Shown: positions 8,629 through 18,213 of the stretch, piece after piece
Position numbering within the stretch: the first letter of the stretch is position 1
Layout of the letters: every line of letters begins with the position of its first letter
NCBI GenBank assembly: GCA_945861715.1
Contig: CAMAVK010000003.1
Coordinates: forward strand, 3,344-67,343
Length of the DNA: 64,000 nt
DNA from: Candidatus Woesearchaeota archaeon
Lineage (GTDB): Archaea > Nanobdellota > Nanobdellia > Woesearchaeales > GW2011-AR9
Direction of reading: 5' to 3'
Notes under the pieces: model-generated
What the model was told of the DNA's origin: nothing
The model's input: only the letters and a program-made list of their open reading frames with translations
Database searches by the model: none
Program-made: the position numbers and the translations under genes

Positions 8629-10755
8629 TTACATTATGTCGGCCTTTATCTGGTTTTCAAATGCCAAGAACACAGGCATTTCATTCATATAATCAGTAAT
8701 CCTGAGTTGTGTATCCATGCCCACCAATTCCACAATACGTTTGCGGTCAATGCCAAACGGTTGAAGTAATATCAAAAGTGACCGTATCAAGAGACTTTGA
8801 TAGTAGATTCTATCTGGTTTGCCGGAATATTGCTTTTCCATCACGGGGCAATTATGCTCTTGCATTAGATAGGTGATGAACATACCAGGGCGAATGGTAA
8901 TACCATCTGCTTGCAATTGTTCGGTTATTTTCTTTTGAGGGATATTATGTTTATAGGTCTCTTGGGAGAGTTGAATTTTGTGCAACAACCATGCTACGGG
9001 GAATCGTTCAATACTTAGAATACAGCGTCTGAGTACGGAGCAATACATCTCAAGCTGTTCCACAATTTCTTTCTTAGAATTGCAATGCTGCATCATATTG
9101 AGCACTTCCTGCTGAAAATATTTAACAAGCGGCGGAGTTTTTCGTTGCCTCACTTCAATACCTCGCACTTTCAAGTCCCCATGCGTAAACACGCCATAGT
9201 ACGTAGCAGGAAGCGGTCGATCAGGATTGTTAATAGAAGGCAAAAAGACAATCCATTTGAAAATACCATCACTCGCAACGGGAATACCCACCAGCCCCCC
9301 AAGCTCTTGACAAAACGCCTTAACCTCCTCTGAAGTAACTCCTTTCTTTTTGATATACAGGGAATCAACAATCCCATGCACAACTTCAAACCCGCGCGAT
9401 TCAGCAAGCCGCGCGGATTGTAAAATAATATCGCGAGCATAGGCACAAATTGCCATGTGAGATGTCGCAATACCTAATTTAAACTCACGAAATCGTAAAT
9501 AGCCATACGCCGTAACCAGCACATACTTCAATGCTTGAGCGCGAGAATCATTCATACTACTTCTATTTTTCTTGTAATACATTCTGCGATCCAGAATTGG
9601 CTTTATGGCTTCAGGAATGAGCCCCTTTTTCGCATGCGATATGGTAATGGGAAGACCGGGCACTTCTTCAAATGGCGCATCTCCAGAGAGTATAGTTTCC
9701 GCGGATATATTTTTATTATAAATAATCCAAGGGAACATAGAAGAGAAATCAATTTCTGCCACATCTTTATGAAATCCAACGCGAGCATCAAACGTGTGTC
9801 CTGCGCGATCACCTTTAAGAAGATGATACATGGAGAGCGGCAAATCAACCGGTTTCTCTTTATATGGGATGAGCATATCTTTACTGTACATCAACCGAAT
9901 CAGAGAGTATTGAAATGTAGCGCCAAAACTACGTGACGCCATCTGTTGAAATCGAGCTCCCGTAAGTTCACATAATTCTAAGATGCCATCAATATCACAT
10001 TGCGAACCAATAGTCGAGTTGGTATCAATTAAAAAGCGCCCATGCAATCGAATTGCATAATCTCGAAACTGCACTTGACCATAACTGTAAAATGATTTAC
10101 CTCCCTTATACTGTATGGGTTCCGAGTCATAACGATGAAACGAACAAGCAATATTATACCATTCCAACTTTGCCGCAAGAAACGGCAGCTGTGCAAAACC
10201 AAAATCCATAATCAACACATCAGGATCGGACTCTTGGAAGAGTTGCGTAAATTGCTTGAGTATCTCTTGTTCAGTTCCTTGGATGATTTGTGTGTTAAAT
10301 TCTATTTGTTGAATGGTTTGTTGTTCTGAAGTTATCTTAAGCCTAGCCGTAGTAAGTGAAACCGGATGTTGCTCAGCAAGAACGTGGAGGTTTTCATCTA
10401 CATAAACTCCAGGATAGAGATGGTATTTGTAGAAGAATTCTTGCTCTGGTGCAATATCTGCGTTGTAGAGGGTGAGTGAGTGTTTAGAGAGCTTCTCTAT
10501 TTTTCTCACAATGGTTTCATAGAGTTGGAGATTGGTGATTTCAATTTCTAAAACATCAACGTCTTGACTGAGATAATTCTTCTTGGTAGTTTTACTGTAG
10601 GGGAGATTATAGGTTTGACAAAAATCTTCGCCACTGGATTCCATATAGATTTTGGTGGCAAACGATCTCTCTAGTCTGACGTTGCCCTCTTTGGTTTTAG
10701 CCCAGAGAATGATGTGGTTATCTGTTCTGTATGCGTCGAAGATCCAGTAGTTCAT
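8629..10755 (-). CDS. polB2: family B DNA polymerase, PolB2 group (degenerate exonuclease)
   Basis: motif A DFSSMFP, motif B KYVLVTAYGY, motif C HGIVDSL (PolB2-type), KVRGIE; C-terminal PIP-like QLRITDY; GAGGTGA SD. Confidence 0.9.
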   Translation of the reverse strand: MNYWIFDAYRTDNHIILWAKTKEGNVRLERSFATKIYMESSGEDFCQTYNLPYSKTTKKNYLSQDVDVLEIEITNLQLYETIVRKIEKLSKHSLTLYNADIAPEQEFFYKYHLYPGVYVDENLHVLAEQHPVSLTTARLKITSEQQTIQQIEFNTQIIQGTEQEILKQFTQLFQESDPDVLIMDFGFAQLPFLAAKLEWYNIACSFHRYDSEPIQYKGGKSFYSYGQVQFRDYAIRLHGRFLIDTNSTIGSQCDIDGILELCELTGARFQQMASRSFGATFQYSLIRLMYSKDMLIPYKEKPVDLPLSMYHLLKGDRAGHTFDARVGFHKDVAEIDFSSMFPWIIYNKNISAETILSGDAPFEEVPGLPITISHAKKGLIPEAIKPILDRRMYYKKNRSSMNDSRAQALKYVLVTAYGYLRFREFKLGIATSHMAICAYARDIILQSARLAESRGFEVVHGIVDSLYIKKKGVTSEEVKAFCQELGGLVGIPVASDGIFKWIVFLPSINNPDRPLPATYYGVFTHGDLKVRGIEVRQRKTPPLVKYFQQEVLNMMQHCNSKKEIVEQLEMYCSVLRRCILSIERFPVAWLLHKIQLSQETYKHNIPQKKITEQLQADGITIRPGMFITYLMQEHNCPVMEKQYSGKPDRIYYQSLLIRSLLILLQPFGIDRKRIVELVGMDTQLRITDYMNEMPVFLAFENQIKADIM

Positions 10756-10835
10756 GAGTTCACCTCTTCTGTTTTGTAGTGTGGTATCTACACTTTGATT
10801 TTTTATTGTAGAAGTTACTTAAAAAGAACCTATAT

Positions 10836-10856
10836 ACTTGACCAGTGGGTATGTGG
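10836..10856 (-). promoter_or_regulatory. conserved upstream box, copy 2 (polB2 promoter)
   Basis: plus strand ACTTGACCAGTGGGTATGTGG, 10 nt upstream of minus-strand TTTTTAAG. Confidence 0.7.
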
Positions 10857-10877
10857 GTTAAGAAATAAAAAAGATAA

Positions 10878-11207
10878 TTAATATTTAAATTTTCGTTCAT
10901 ACTCCTTATGGTCAAACCATTCTAAAATTGCGGATATCAACTCTACTTCATTATCTGGTGCGATGGTGTATATTAATCTCCATCCGCGCGGTAAGTCGTA
11001 TTTCCAGAGGTTGTTAATTTCATACTTCTGAACATACTCTTTTGGAAAAAGTCACTTGGGTATTTGAATTCCTGAGAACGCATTTTCTTTTAGTTCTTGG
11101 ATAGCGCGACGCATTGCTTTTTTTATTGGATCATCTTCTTTGAGTTCGTTAAAATTTTCTTCTAGTTCATCGGAGATGAAAACAACTTTAGATGGTTTTA
11201 TGATCAT
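10878..11207 (-). pseudogene. RelE/ParE-like toxin with an internal TGA at codon 52
   Basis: manual translation MIIKPSKVVFI...GIQIPK*LFPKEYVQKYEINNLWKYDLPRGWRLIYTI...EWFDHKEYERKFKY; ATGA overlap with upstream antitoxin. Confidence 0.8.
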
Positions 11208-11479
11208 TGTATTTCTTTACGTGAACGTAATTTGTTTGCTAAAATTGGATTCCATATATACGCGATTTTTCCCTCTTTATCGGTTGCAATTTTGTTGATG
11301 CTTTCTAAATATTCTAATACCACAATGAATGTTTGCCACATAACTTGCTTCGGAAGTTTTTTCCATATTTCAGTGCGGTTAAATTCTCCGCTATATTCCT
11401 TTATAGTTCGCTCTACCATAAGTACTGTATCCAGAGTAGGTGAGCGGGTGTACGGGTTTTCTATTACTTCTAAAGTCAT
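11204..11479 (-). CDS. putative winged-helix antitoxin of the RelE-like pair
   Basis: PTLDTVLMVE...RTEIWKKLPKQVMWQTF..VLEYLE...KI; coupled to the toxin; start placed at ATG 11479. Confidence 0.7.
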   Translation of the reverse strand: MTLEVIENPYTRSPTLDTVLMVERTIKEYSGEFNRTEIWKKLPKQVMWQTFIVVLEYLESINKIATDKEGKIAYIWNPILANKLRSRKEIQ

Positions 11480-11489
11480 ATTTACTTGG

Positions 11490-11505
11490 TATATCAATTG
11501 ATATA
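11490..11505. promoter_or_regulatory. perfect 16-bp palindrome, probable TA autoregulatory operator
   Basis: TATATCAATTGATATA overlapping the TATA box and lying between it and the antitoxin start. Confidence 0.6.
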
Positions 11506-11550
11506 TAAACTTTTTCTTCTATTTTGGTAATTATTCTGATTGTACAACGC

Positions 11551-12222
11551 TTATTTGTTCTTCTCGTGTTCTAACTTATGAATCTTTTTTTCTTGTTCTA
11601 ATTGTATTGAGAGTAAGAGCAATGCCCACGTATGCAGTGATGACGCATTCGAAATCGAGCCAAAATGTTTGAGCGGTTCTTTCAGCATCTGAGAGTAGAT
11701 CAGTTGCTCATCGGCTCTGAGTGCTTTACCATAGTCAGCAAGTTCTTGCAGTAACGAGTCCGTCACAATGCGTTGCGATGATGCCGTATGTCCCATCTGT
11801 TTCACCTCATATCTCCGTACACCATGCTTTTTTGCAAGTTGACAATGAATTGTATCATCTTGAATTGCCAAATAGACATCTTTCATCTTAGCCAATTGTG
11901 CAATAACCCCCCAACACGCTTCAAAGACATTCATATTTTCTACCTTGTCATCAAAATCAAAGAGATGATTAAATGTCGAAATGAAAATAATTTTGTGTCG
12001 TGTCTTCTGAAGCGACAGTATCGTCGGTTTGAATCTGTACAATGATTCAGCGGGAATAATTTCTAAGTTGCAAAGTTGAATGAGTTCAAAGTCCGTAAAG
12101 AGGTGTGGGTTGGTGCAGTTAGCACTATCAATAAAGAGCGCTGGCGCTAACTGTAGCGCTTCCTTAATAAGTTGATAATTGACCGCCCGAGCACTCCTCC
12201 CAAAGATGCCATAGAGGGTCAT
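11551..12222 (-). CDS. degenerate RadA/RecA-like protein fused in frame to the small PolB2-associated helical protein
   Basis: LFIDSANCTNPH resembles the inactivated RadA-like partners of PolB2; last 81 aa (MGHTASSQR...YGKALR...LLLSIQLE) resemble the arCOG07300-type protein. Confidence 0.7.
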   Translation of the reverse strand: MTLYGIFGRSARAVNYQLIKEALQLAPALFIDSANCTNPHLFTDFELIQLCNLEIIPAESLYRFKPTILSLQKTRHKIIFISTFNHLFDFDDKVENMNVFEACWGVIAQLAKMKDVYLAIQDDTIHCQLAKKHGVRRYEVKQMGHTASSQRIVTDSLLQELADYGKALRADEQLIYSQMLKEPLKHFGSISNASSLHTWALLLLSIQLEQEKKIHKLEHEKNK

Positions 12223-12258
12223 ATCAGAAGAAAATTGTCGGGCTTTTTATAGATACGC

Positions 12259-12286
12259 CGCACTTGTCCAGTGCGGGAGTGGCTCT
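12259..12286 (-). promoter_or_regulatory. conserved upstream box, copy 3 (28-bp direct repeat with 6849..6876)
   Basis: identical 28-mer; dyad CCGCACT-N5-AGTGCGG; 10 nt upstream of minus-strand TATAAAAA. Confidence 0.8.
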
Positions 12287-12428
12287 ACCATCTATACACC
12301 GTCCCGCCCGCCATCATATTCACACAAGACAACGGACTTTCCTCACTCTATATTGAGGTGATAAGAATCACCACCACTAATTAACTAGTTCCACAAGTTT
12401 GAAATACTAACTATCGGAGGAATTTAAC

Positions 12429-13103
12429 ATGATACCATATCCAACAGAAACCACAAATGCAACATTTGGCGTAAAAGGTCGATATCAACCAGAGTTAGGG
12501 GAACTACTCTTAACCCAAGAAATTCGACCATTTAGCTTCCCATCAGACCAAGAAATCAATGCATCAATGGATATTGTAGTAGCAAACGTAACACGAATTC
12601 AAGGACTTCATGTATATGCAAATCTTCTTCACCTATTTAACGGCAATTATCAAGGGCCAAATAATGTAGAACAACAAGTCATGAGCCCAATTGCTCGTGT
12701 GAACTACAACCCCAATTTCCGTTTGAGAAGAACATTTGATGTTGTAGATCAATCCAATGCAACTTCAATCACCGATCTTTTATGGGGCTTTCACTTGGAT
12801 AGATATGCACACAACAAAGAATTAATTGATCTACACCCATCATCGAAACCAGAACAAAATCGAAAATGGGATACATTTAGACAACAAACCATTACCCGCT
12901 TAGAAACCTATATCGGTCGCAAAATCGAAGGAGAAACTCTAAACGAACGAGCTTCAAACGCAGCAAATATGGAAGTAACACCACCACAAAAAGAAAGCAT
13001 GCCTCGAGATACCTATTGTCGTACTATCGCAGCAATTACTGCAAAACCGTACATTACATCATCGACCTTCGAGGCTTTCAGCAAACAATACCAACTAGAC
13101 TAA
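12429..13103 (+). CDS. hypothetical protein (224 aa)
   Basis: GGAGG SD; long ORF. Confidence 0.65.
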   Translation: MIPYPTETTNATFGVKGRYQPELGELLLTQEIRPFSFPSDQEINASMDIVVANVTRIQGLHVYANLLHLFNGNYQGPNNVEQQVMSPIARVNYNPNFRLRRTFDVVDQSNATSITDLLWGFHLDRYAHNKELIDLHPSSKPEQNRKWDTFRQQTITRLETYIGRKIEGETLNERASNAANMEVTPPQKESMPRDTYCRTIAAITAKPYITSSTFEAFSKQYQLD

Positions 13104-13149
13104 TTTTTTATTTTACTAGCACTCTTCTTCTTCTTCTTCTACTTATTTT

Positions 13150-13713
13150 CTACTCAACCTCAATCTCAAAATAATCCAACAAGGCCAACACATCAGGATG
13201 AGAGAACTTTGCACCCTTAACCTTATTCACTCTTAAATCAAAAGAATAACCCGTTGCCCCTCGAAAATCCACACCACACAAATTAGAATTATGAAACTCG
13301 GTCTTATCAAACACGCACAGAGAGAATGACCCCCCATGCAAATCAGAATTCCCAAATGAACATTCCGCTACCTTACACTTCAGAAAAATTGTCGCTGGAA
13401 TTCGCAAGCTAGAAAAATTACAATTATATATCATGCATTGATCAAATCGCATTGACATAAGAAACATACTCATCTTACTGAAATTAACCCCTAGCAATTT
13501 GCATCCCAAAAAAACAGCCCCCTGCATTCGACATCCATCCAGAATAGTATTGCTAAAGTTACAAGAGGTAAACATACAATCAATAAAGATCGAACCTGTA
13601 AAATCACCAGAACTAAAATTACAATCAACAAACTCGCATTCAACATATTCTGCAACCGGAACGACTCGAAACGACCAATCCTTATGACCAAACTTTTGTT
13701 TATCAAACAACAT
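13150..13713 (-). CDS. pentapeptide repeat protein
   Basis: repeated xxFxx/CxFxx pentapeptides; DFRGA.GY...N.VKGAKFS. Confidence 0.9.
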   Translation of the reverse strand: MLFDKQKFGHKDWSFRVVPVAEYVECEFVDCNFSSGDFTGSIFIDCMFTSCNFSNTILDGCRMQGAVFLGCKLLGVNFSKMSMFLMSMRFDQCMIYNCNFSSLRIPATIFLKCKVAECSFGNSDLHGGSFSLCVFDKTEFHNSNLCGVDFRGATGYSFDLRVNKVKGAKFSHPDVLALLDYFEIEVE

Positions 13714-13815
13714 GAACCAAAAAAGTAATCCTCAGATAATAAACATTCCTTACCCAAAATAAGCAAAAAGCAGGTAACATTTATCATAAATACCATCAAA
13801 TCCCTTCTAAATCCC

Positions 13816-15093
13816 ATGGAACAACAATGCTCGATATTTGGAAAATGCGGCGGCTGCGACATCCAACACCTTAGCTACGAAGAACAAATAAGACAGAAAG
13901 TCGGACGTATTGAACAAGCTCTCAAATTCAAAGCTGATATCATCAGCCCCTCAGAACCATACAGCTACCGCAATAAATTAGATTGCATCATTCGGAATTC
14001 AAAGATATGCATGCGAGAAAAAAACTCTGCAAGCCGATATATTGAACTCGATACCTGTCTTATCGCTTCCCCCATTATACAATCTTTAATCGAAGAGATG
14101 CGCGCTATTATCCAAACAAATAAACACCTCAATTGGCAAAGCGCCATACGAGTGATTACCTTTCGCGCAACCAACGCAGGAGATACTGGTATCTATCTAG
14201 AGTTTACCCAAGGCGACGATAATATTGTAAAAATAATTAAACTTATCACCCAATCAATATTATCCCTTCCTCCATCAACCTCTCCTACTCAATCAGCTCC
14301 CCTAATATCATCAAACATCGCATCTCAAACAAATCAAACTACCAATATCGCTGTTCCTCACACCGCATCCGCAACTGCTGTCCTCCCTCCTCCTCCAACC
14401 ATCATAATTACTGCCAAAAACATCGCGTATGGAATCTGTGAAGAAGGAAAAGAGTACCCAGATAAACTTATAGCAATCAAAGGAAACACCTACCTTGAAG
14501 AAAAACTAAACAACAAAATATATCATTTTGCAATCAACGGCTTCTTTCAAAACAATTCCAACGGAGCAGAAAAAATGCTTCAGTACGTCTACACCATTCT
14601 AAAACATAACAAAGATAAAACACAACACATACTACCAAACACAACACAAAACGCAACACTAATCGATCTATACGGAGGCGTCGGAACATTTGGAATCTAC
14701 TGCGCAGATTTATTCAAACAAACTAATATAGTAGAAGGAGTGGCACCAGCTATCGAGTTCGCAAAAGATAATATCAAAATAAACAACATCAAAAACGCAA
14801 CCGCCTTCTGTCTTGATGCAAAGCAACTAGATCGTATCAAAATCCAAGGACCAACGTATTGTATCCTCGACCCGCCACGGGTGGGCATGGACATTCGTGC
14901 CATAACCAATGTGCGCAATCTCAAACCAGAAAAGATTATATATATCTCTTGTAACCCACAACAGCTTGCAAAAGACATACCAAAATTCAAAGAATACACT
15001 CTAACTAGTCTCGGAATATTCGACATGTTCGCCCAAACAAATCATGTTGAAGTAATTGTAGAATTAACCAAAAAAACAGAGAATTCACCATGA
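13816..15093 (+). CDS. RlmD/TrmA family RNA (uracil-5)-methyltransferase
   Basis: CSIFGKCGGC Fe-S motif, YRNK, FFQNN, DLYGGVGTF, LDPPR.G, YISCNP, DMFAQTNHVE. Confidence 0.9.
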   Translation: MEQQCSIFGKCGGCDIQHLSYEEQIRQKVGRIEQALKFKADIISPSEPYSYRNKLDCIIRNSKICMREKNSASRYIELDTCLIASPIIQSLIEEMRAIIQTNKHLNWQSAIRVITFRATNAGDTGIYLEFTQGDDNIVKIIKLITQSILSLPPSTSPTQSAPLISSNIASQTNQTTNIAVPHTASATAVLPPPPTIIITAKNIAYGICEEGKEYPDKLIAIKGNTYLEEKLNNKIYHFAINGFFQNNSNGAEKMLQYVYTILKHNKDKTQHILPNTTQNATLIDLYGGVGTFGIYCADLFKQTNIVEGVAPAIEFAKDNIKINNIKNATAFCLDAKQLDRIKIQGPTYCILDPPRVGMDIRAITNVRNLKPEKIIYISCNPQQLAKDIPKFKEYTLTSLGIFDMFAQTNHVEVIVELTKKTENSP

Positions 15094-15356
15094 CTGAAGA
15101 AAGCAAAAACAATTGGACCGCAAAATTTAATCGTGCCTGTTCCTCGGTTCTCCCCATAGCAAAAAATCGTGTTGGTGCATGTAATGATTGTGGTGCATGC
15201 TGCATGTTACCAACCCCATGCCCGTTCCTCAGATGGAAAGACGACGGAAAATCATATTGCAAAATTTATCTCGTAAGACCTCCAAATTGCAGAAAATATC
15301 CAAGAACCGAAAAAGAATTCATCACAAAAGATGTATGCGGATATAAATTTGTATAA
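15090..15356 (+). CDS. YkgJ-like CxxCxxCC metal-cluster protein
   Basis: CNDCGACC...CPFL...CKIYLVRPPNCRKYP. Confidence 0.8.
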   Translation: MTEESKNNWTAKFNRACSSVLPIAKNRVGACNDCGACCMLPTPCPFLRWKDDGKSYCKIYLVRPPNCRKYPRTEKEFITKDVCGYKFV

Positions 15357-15405
15357 GCACATCACTCAAGCAACATATCCAGTTTTCAACTGTTCACTCC
15401 TTAAC

Positions 15406-15789
15406 TTATTCTCGAATAATATACCCGCCATTCTCCTCATAAAAAACCGCTCCCATAAAATTATCCCTTTTGGTTTGGGTATATAGTGGCGATTGATACA
15501 ACTGATTCACAATTGCACAGAGTTCACTTGCAACATCTAAATTTGTCATACGAATACCTTGACCCTGAAGCATATAATTAATCCCGTTTTTTTGAGCCTC
15601 AGAAGCAAGATTATCTAAACGAGAATCAACATGCACATTTTCCATACCTAAAATAAGAGATATTTCCAAATCAGATGGTACCTGGGCCATCTCGCGAATC
15701 GTAGGCAACATCGATTCAATCTCATGCGCCGCCGCACTGCAATAGAAAAATCCGTACGCCTTCCCAACAATATCTTCTTGTACAACCAT
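15406..15789 (-). CDS. hypothetical protein
   Basis: GAGG SD before ATG 15789; TTATAAA upstream. Confidence 0.6.
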   Translation of the reverse strand: MVVQEDIVGKAYGFFYCSAAAHEIESMLPTIREMAQVPSDLEISLILGMENVHVDSRLDNLASEAQKNGINYMLQGQGIRMTNLDVASELCAIVNQLYQSPLYTQTKRDNFMGAVFYEENGGYIIRE

Positions 15790-16109
15790 ATTCCTCTTAA
15801 AATAAACCGAGTTTATAATCTTGACTAACAAAATTTTATCTGATAGGTAATCCCTCGCTCGCATTTTCATCACTCTCATCGAATCAACAATCCCTCCTCA
15901 CATAACCAAAAAGTTCTGCACATCGCAAAAAACAATTGCACCTTACTATGTGAAATGCAATCAAATATCTTATCCAGTTGCAAAACACTTATATACCTCC
16001 CTCCCTTCTAAGAAACTGGTAAGCACATATACACTACCGGACCGACATTTGGGGAAATGGAAGTCAATTCACAAGGTGGTATATGTCAACCATAAGAAGG
16101 GGGGATATC

Positions 16110-16268
16110 ATGGAAACCAACGGTCGAAGGTACGCAAGCATCTACCAGAAGCGTGAAGAGCTAAGTCGAATTCTAAGTGGACTATATGGTACCACATACA
16201 AAGCATCGCCAACGCTAAGATTAACATTTGAGCGTGAGCAACGAAACGAAGAAAGTTTTTACGTGTAA
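16110..16268 (+). CDS. small hypothetical protein (52 aa)
   Basis: GGGGGGAT SD, ATG at 16110, TATA at about 15988, T-rich tract downstream. Confidence 0.5.
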   Translation: METNGRRYASIYQKREELSRILSGLYGTTYKASPTLRLTFEREQRNEESFYV

Positions 16269-16376
16269 ATCGTAATGTATAACACCAAGACCTACTTCTT
16301 TTCTTTTTAGGATTTCTTTTTAATTCAAATGTAATAGACACACTGAGTTATAGCACTCTAATAAGCAACAAACTTC

Positions 16377-17201
16377 TTACGGACTAAGTAACTTACAATT
16401 CACCTTACTATTAAACTGCACATACCCAATTGATTCAATAGGTTTCAACGCATACAACCCCATGCCCCACACTAAATCAATAGTATGTGCCTCTCGAATT
16501 TTTCCCGTCTTGCCATCACGAGGAAGTCCAATGGGTCTACCCTTATACTCAAACACATCCTCATTCCATGGCGCTCCAAATATTGGAATCGGCAGGTCAG
16601 CTGCAGTAATGCGACTCTTCTCTAAAATAGTACGTAACTCCGAACTCACCTTCTGTGTATCCTTCATGCCAAATGCCTTATACGCAGTCTCATGCATTCC
16701 AGCAAGAATCTTTGCCCGCGTCGGCCCAGCATCTCTATATGAGCGAAAATACTCTGGCAAATACGCAGAGTCATAATACTTCTTGGACTGACCCATTGAG
16801 TAATTAATATGAAACGAAACAAGCATCACCTTCTCATCCTCACTCATCCTAGAAAAACGATCTTCATTTGAAATAGTCATGCGGGAAACAAGTTTCTTCA
16901 AGCTACCCAAAGAAAAATCATTGCGTTGTTTGTTAAACGACCATAGCGGACGTTCATACCGAGAAGGCCATTCTTCATGGGGTTCATTAACACCCAATCG
17001 AAGACAAATATCGGTCACATCATAACTAAAATGACATTCAAACGGATTAAACCACGTAATCAACTGCAACGAATCAAAATTAGAATCCATCTCATCTGCA
17101 ATTGTAACCAAGGTCTCAAGAATACCTTCTGCTCCAAGTGGATGAACTCTCCAACTGCGAGGTGTAAGAACAGTTCCTAATTTAACCAGTGAAGTTGACA
17201 T
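16377..17201 (-). CDS. hypothetical protein (274 aa)
   Basis: long ORF; TTTTTAAA box about 22 nt upstream. Confidence 0.65.
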   Translation of the reverse strand: MSTSLVKLGTVLTPRSWRVHPLGAEGILETLVTIADEMDSNFDSLQLITWFNPFECHFSYDVTDICLRLGVNEPHEEWPSRYERPLWSFNKQRNDFSLGSLKKLVSRMTISNEDRFSRMSEDEKVMLVSFHINYSMGQSKKYYDSAYLPEYFRSYRDAGPTRAKILAGMHETAYKAFGMKDTQKVSSELRTILEKSRITAADLPIPIFGAPWNEDVFEYKGRPIGLPRDGKTGKIREAHTIDLVWGMGLYALKPIESIGYVQFNSKVNCKLLSP

Positions 17202-17301
17202 AACACTACCATCAAATATTGATTTAAAAAGAATTCTAGTCTAAAAACATAAGTGATTGGCTCTTTGCAGAGTATCAGAAATAAATGTAATATGTAAAAA
17301 G

Positions 17302-17396
17302 CGCCCCAGGTCAGATTTGAACTGACGACCTAATGGTATCTTGCCAAAACGATTGGTTAACAGCCATTCGCTCTAGCCAGGTTGAGCCACTGGGGC
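17302..17396 (-). tRNA. tRNA-Asn(GTT) with 20-nt intron at 37/38 (17338-17357)
   Basis: cloverleaf GCCCCAG/CTGGGGC, anticodon stem AATGG/CCATT, T arm GTCAG TTCAAAT CTGAC. Confidence 0.93.
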
Positions 17397-17557
17397 ACTA
17401 AATCCAACAACACAAGAGATTATTTATAAAGATTTTGCTCTCGAACCATAATGTCTCAACAAGCCCTAAATCTGTCAATCAAGCTCAATTCTACTCTCCC
17501 CTAATCTAAATCTTTAAAAACATTCACAAACACAAAACATTCAAAGAAGGTGATATC

Positions 17558-18088
17558 ATGAAAGCATTACTTATTATTGCAACCGACGGTTACCAAGACC
17601 AAGAATTAAAAGATACTAAAGCAGCTTTAGAATCACAAGGTGTTATCGTTACAGTAGCCGCCAAACAAAAAGGCATATGTAAAGGAAAATTAGGTGGAAC
17701 CGCCCAAGCCATGTTTGGCCTCAGTGAAATTTCTGTAGATAGATACGATGGATTCGTCTTTATTGGTGGACCAGGTGCAGCCATGTATATCAAAGATAGC
17801 GCAGCACTCAGAATAGCAAGAGACGCTCACTCCAAACGAAAAGTACTTGCTGCAATCTGTATCGCTCCAACCATTCTCGCCGCAGCCGGTGCTCTCAAAG
17901 ATCGCAAAGCAACCGTATGGAATGAAGACGGCTCCCAATCAGCAATTCTCGCAAAAGCCGGAGCAAAATATACTGGAGAGGCCCTCACCGTTGATGGGCT
18001 ATGCATTACGGCAAACGGTCCAGCAGCATCCACCGCGTTTGGATTAAAAATAGCCGAGCTACTTAAAAAAAGACCATTTAGTGGATAA
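17558..18088 (+). CDS. DJ-1/PfpI family protein
   Basis: GYQDQE, FIGGPG, AAICIAP (nucleophile Cys), TANGP. Confidence 0.92.
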   Translation: MKALLIIATDGYQDQELKDTKAALESQGVIVTVAAKQKGICKGKLGGTAQAMFGLSEISVDRYDGFVFIGGPGAAMYIKDSAALRIARDAHSKRKVLAAICIAPTILAAAGALKDRKATVWNEDGSQSAILAKAGAKYTGEALTVDGLCITANGPAASTAFGLKIAELLKKRPFSG

Positions 18089-18213
18089 ATCAATCTTATA
18101 TTTTCTTAATTTATTTCCTTCTCATGCTACCTTAAATCCATTTCATGATTTCTTTAAAAAAAATAACAGTTTTAAACAAATATTCTTATATATAATCCCT
18201 CCAAAATAACGTA

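Noticed and set aside
6849..12286. 28-bp palindromic repeat as a CRISPR repeat
   Set aside because: Only two full copies, 5.4 kb apart; no spacer periodicity and no cas genes.
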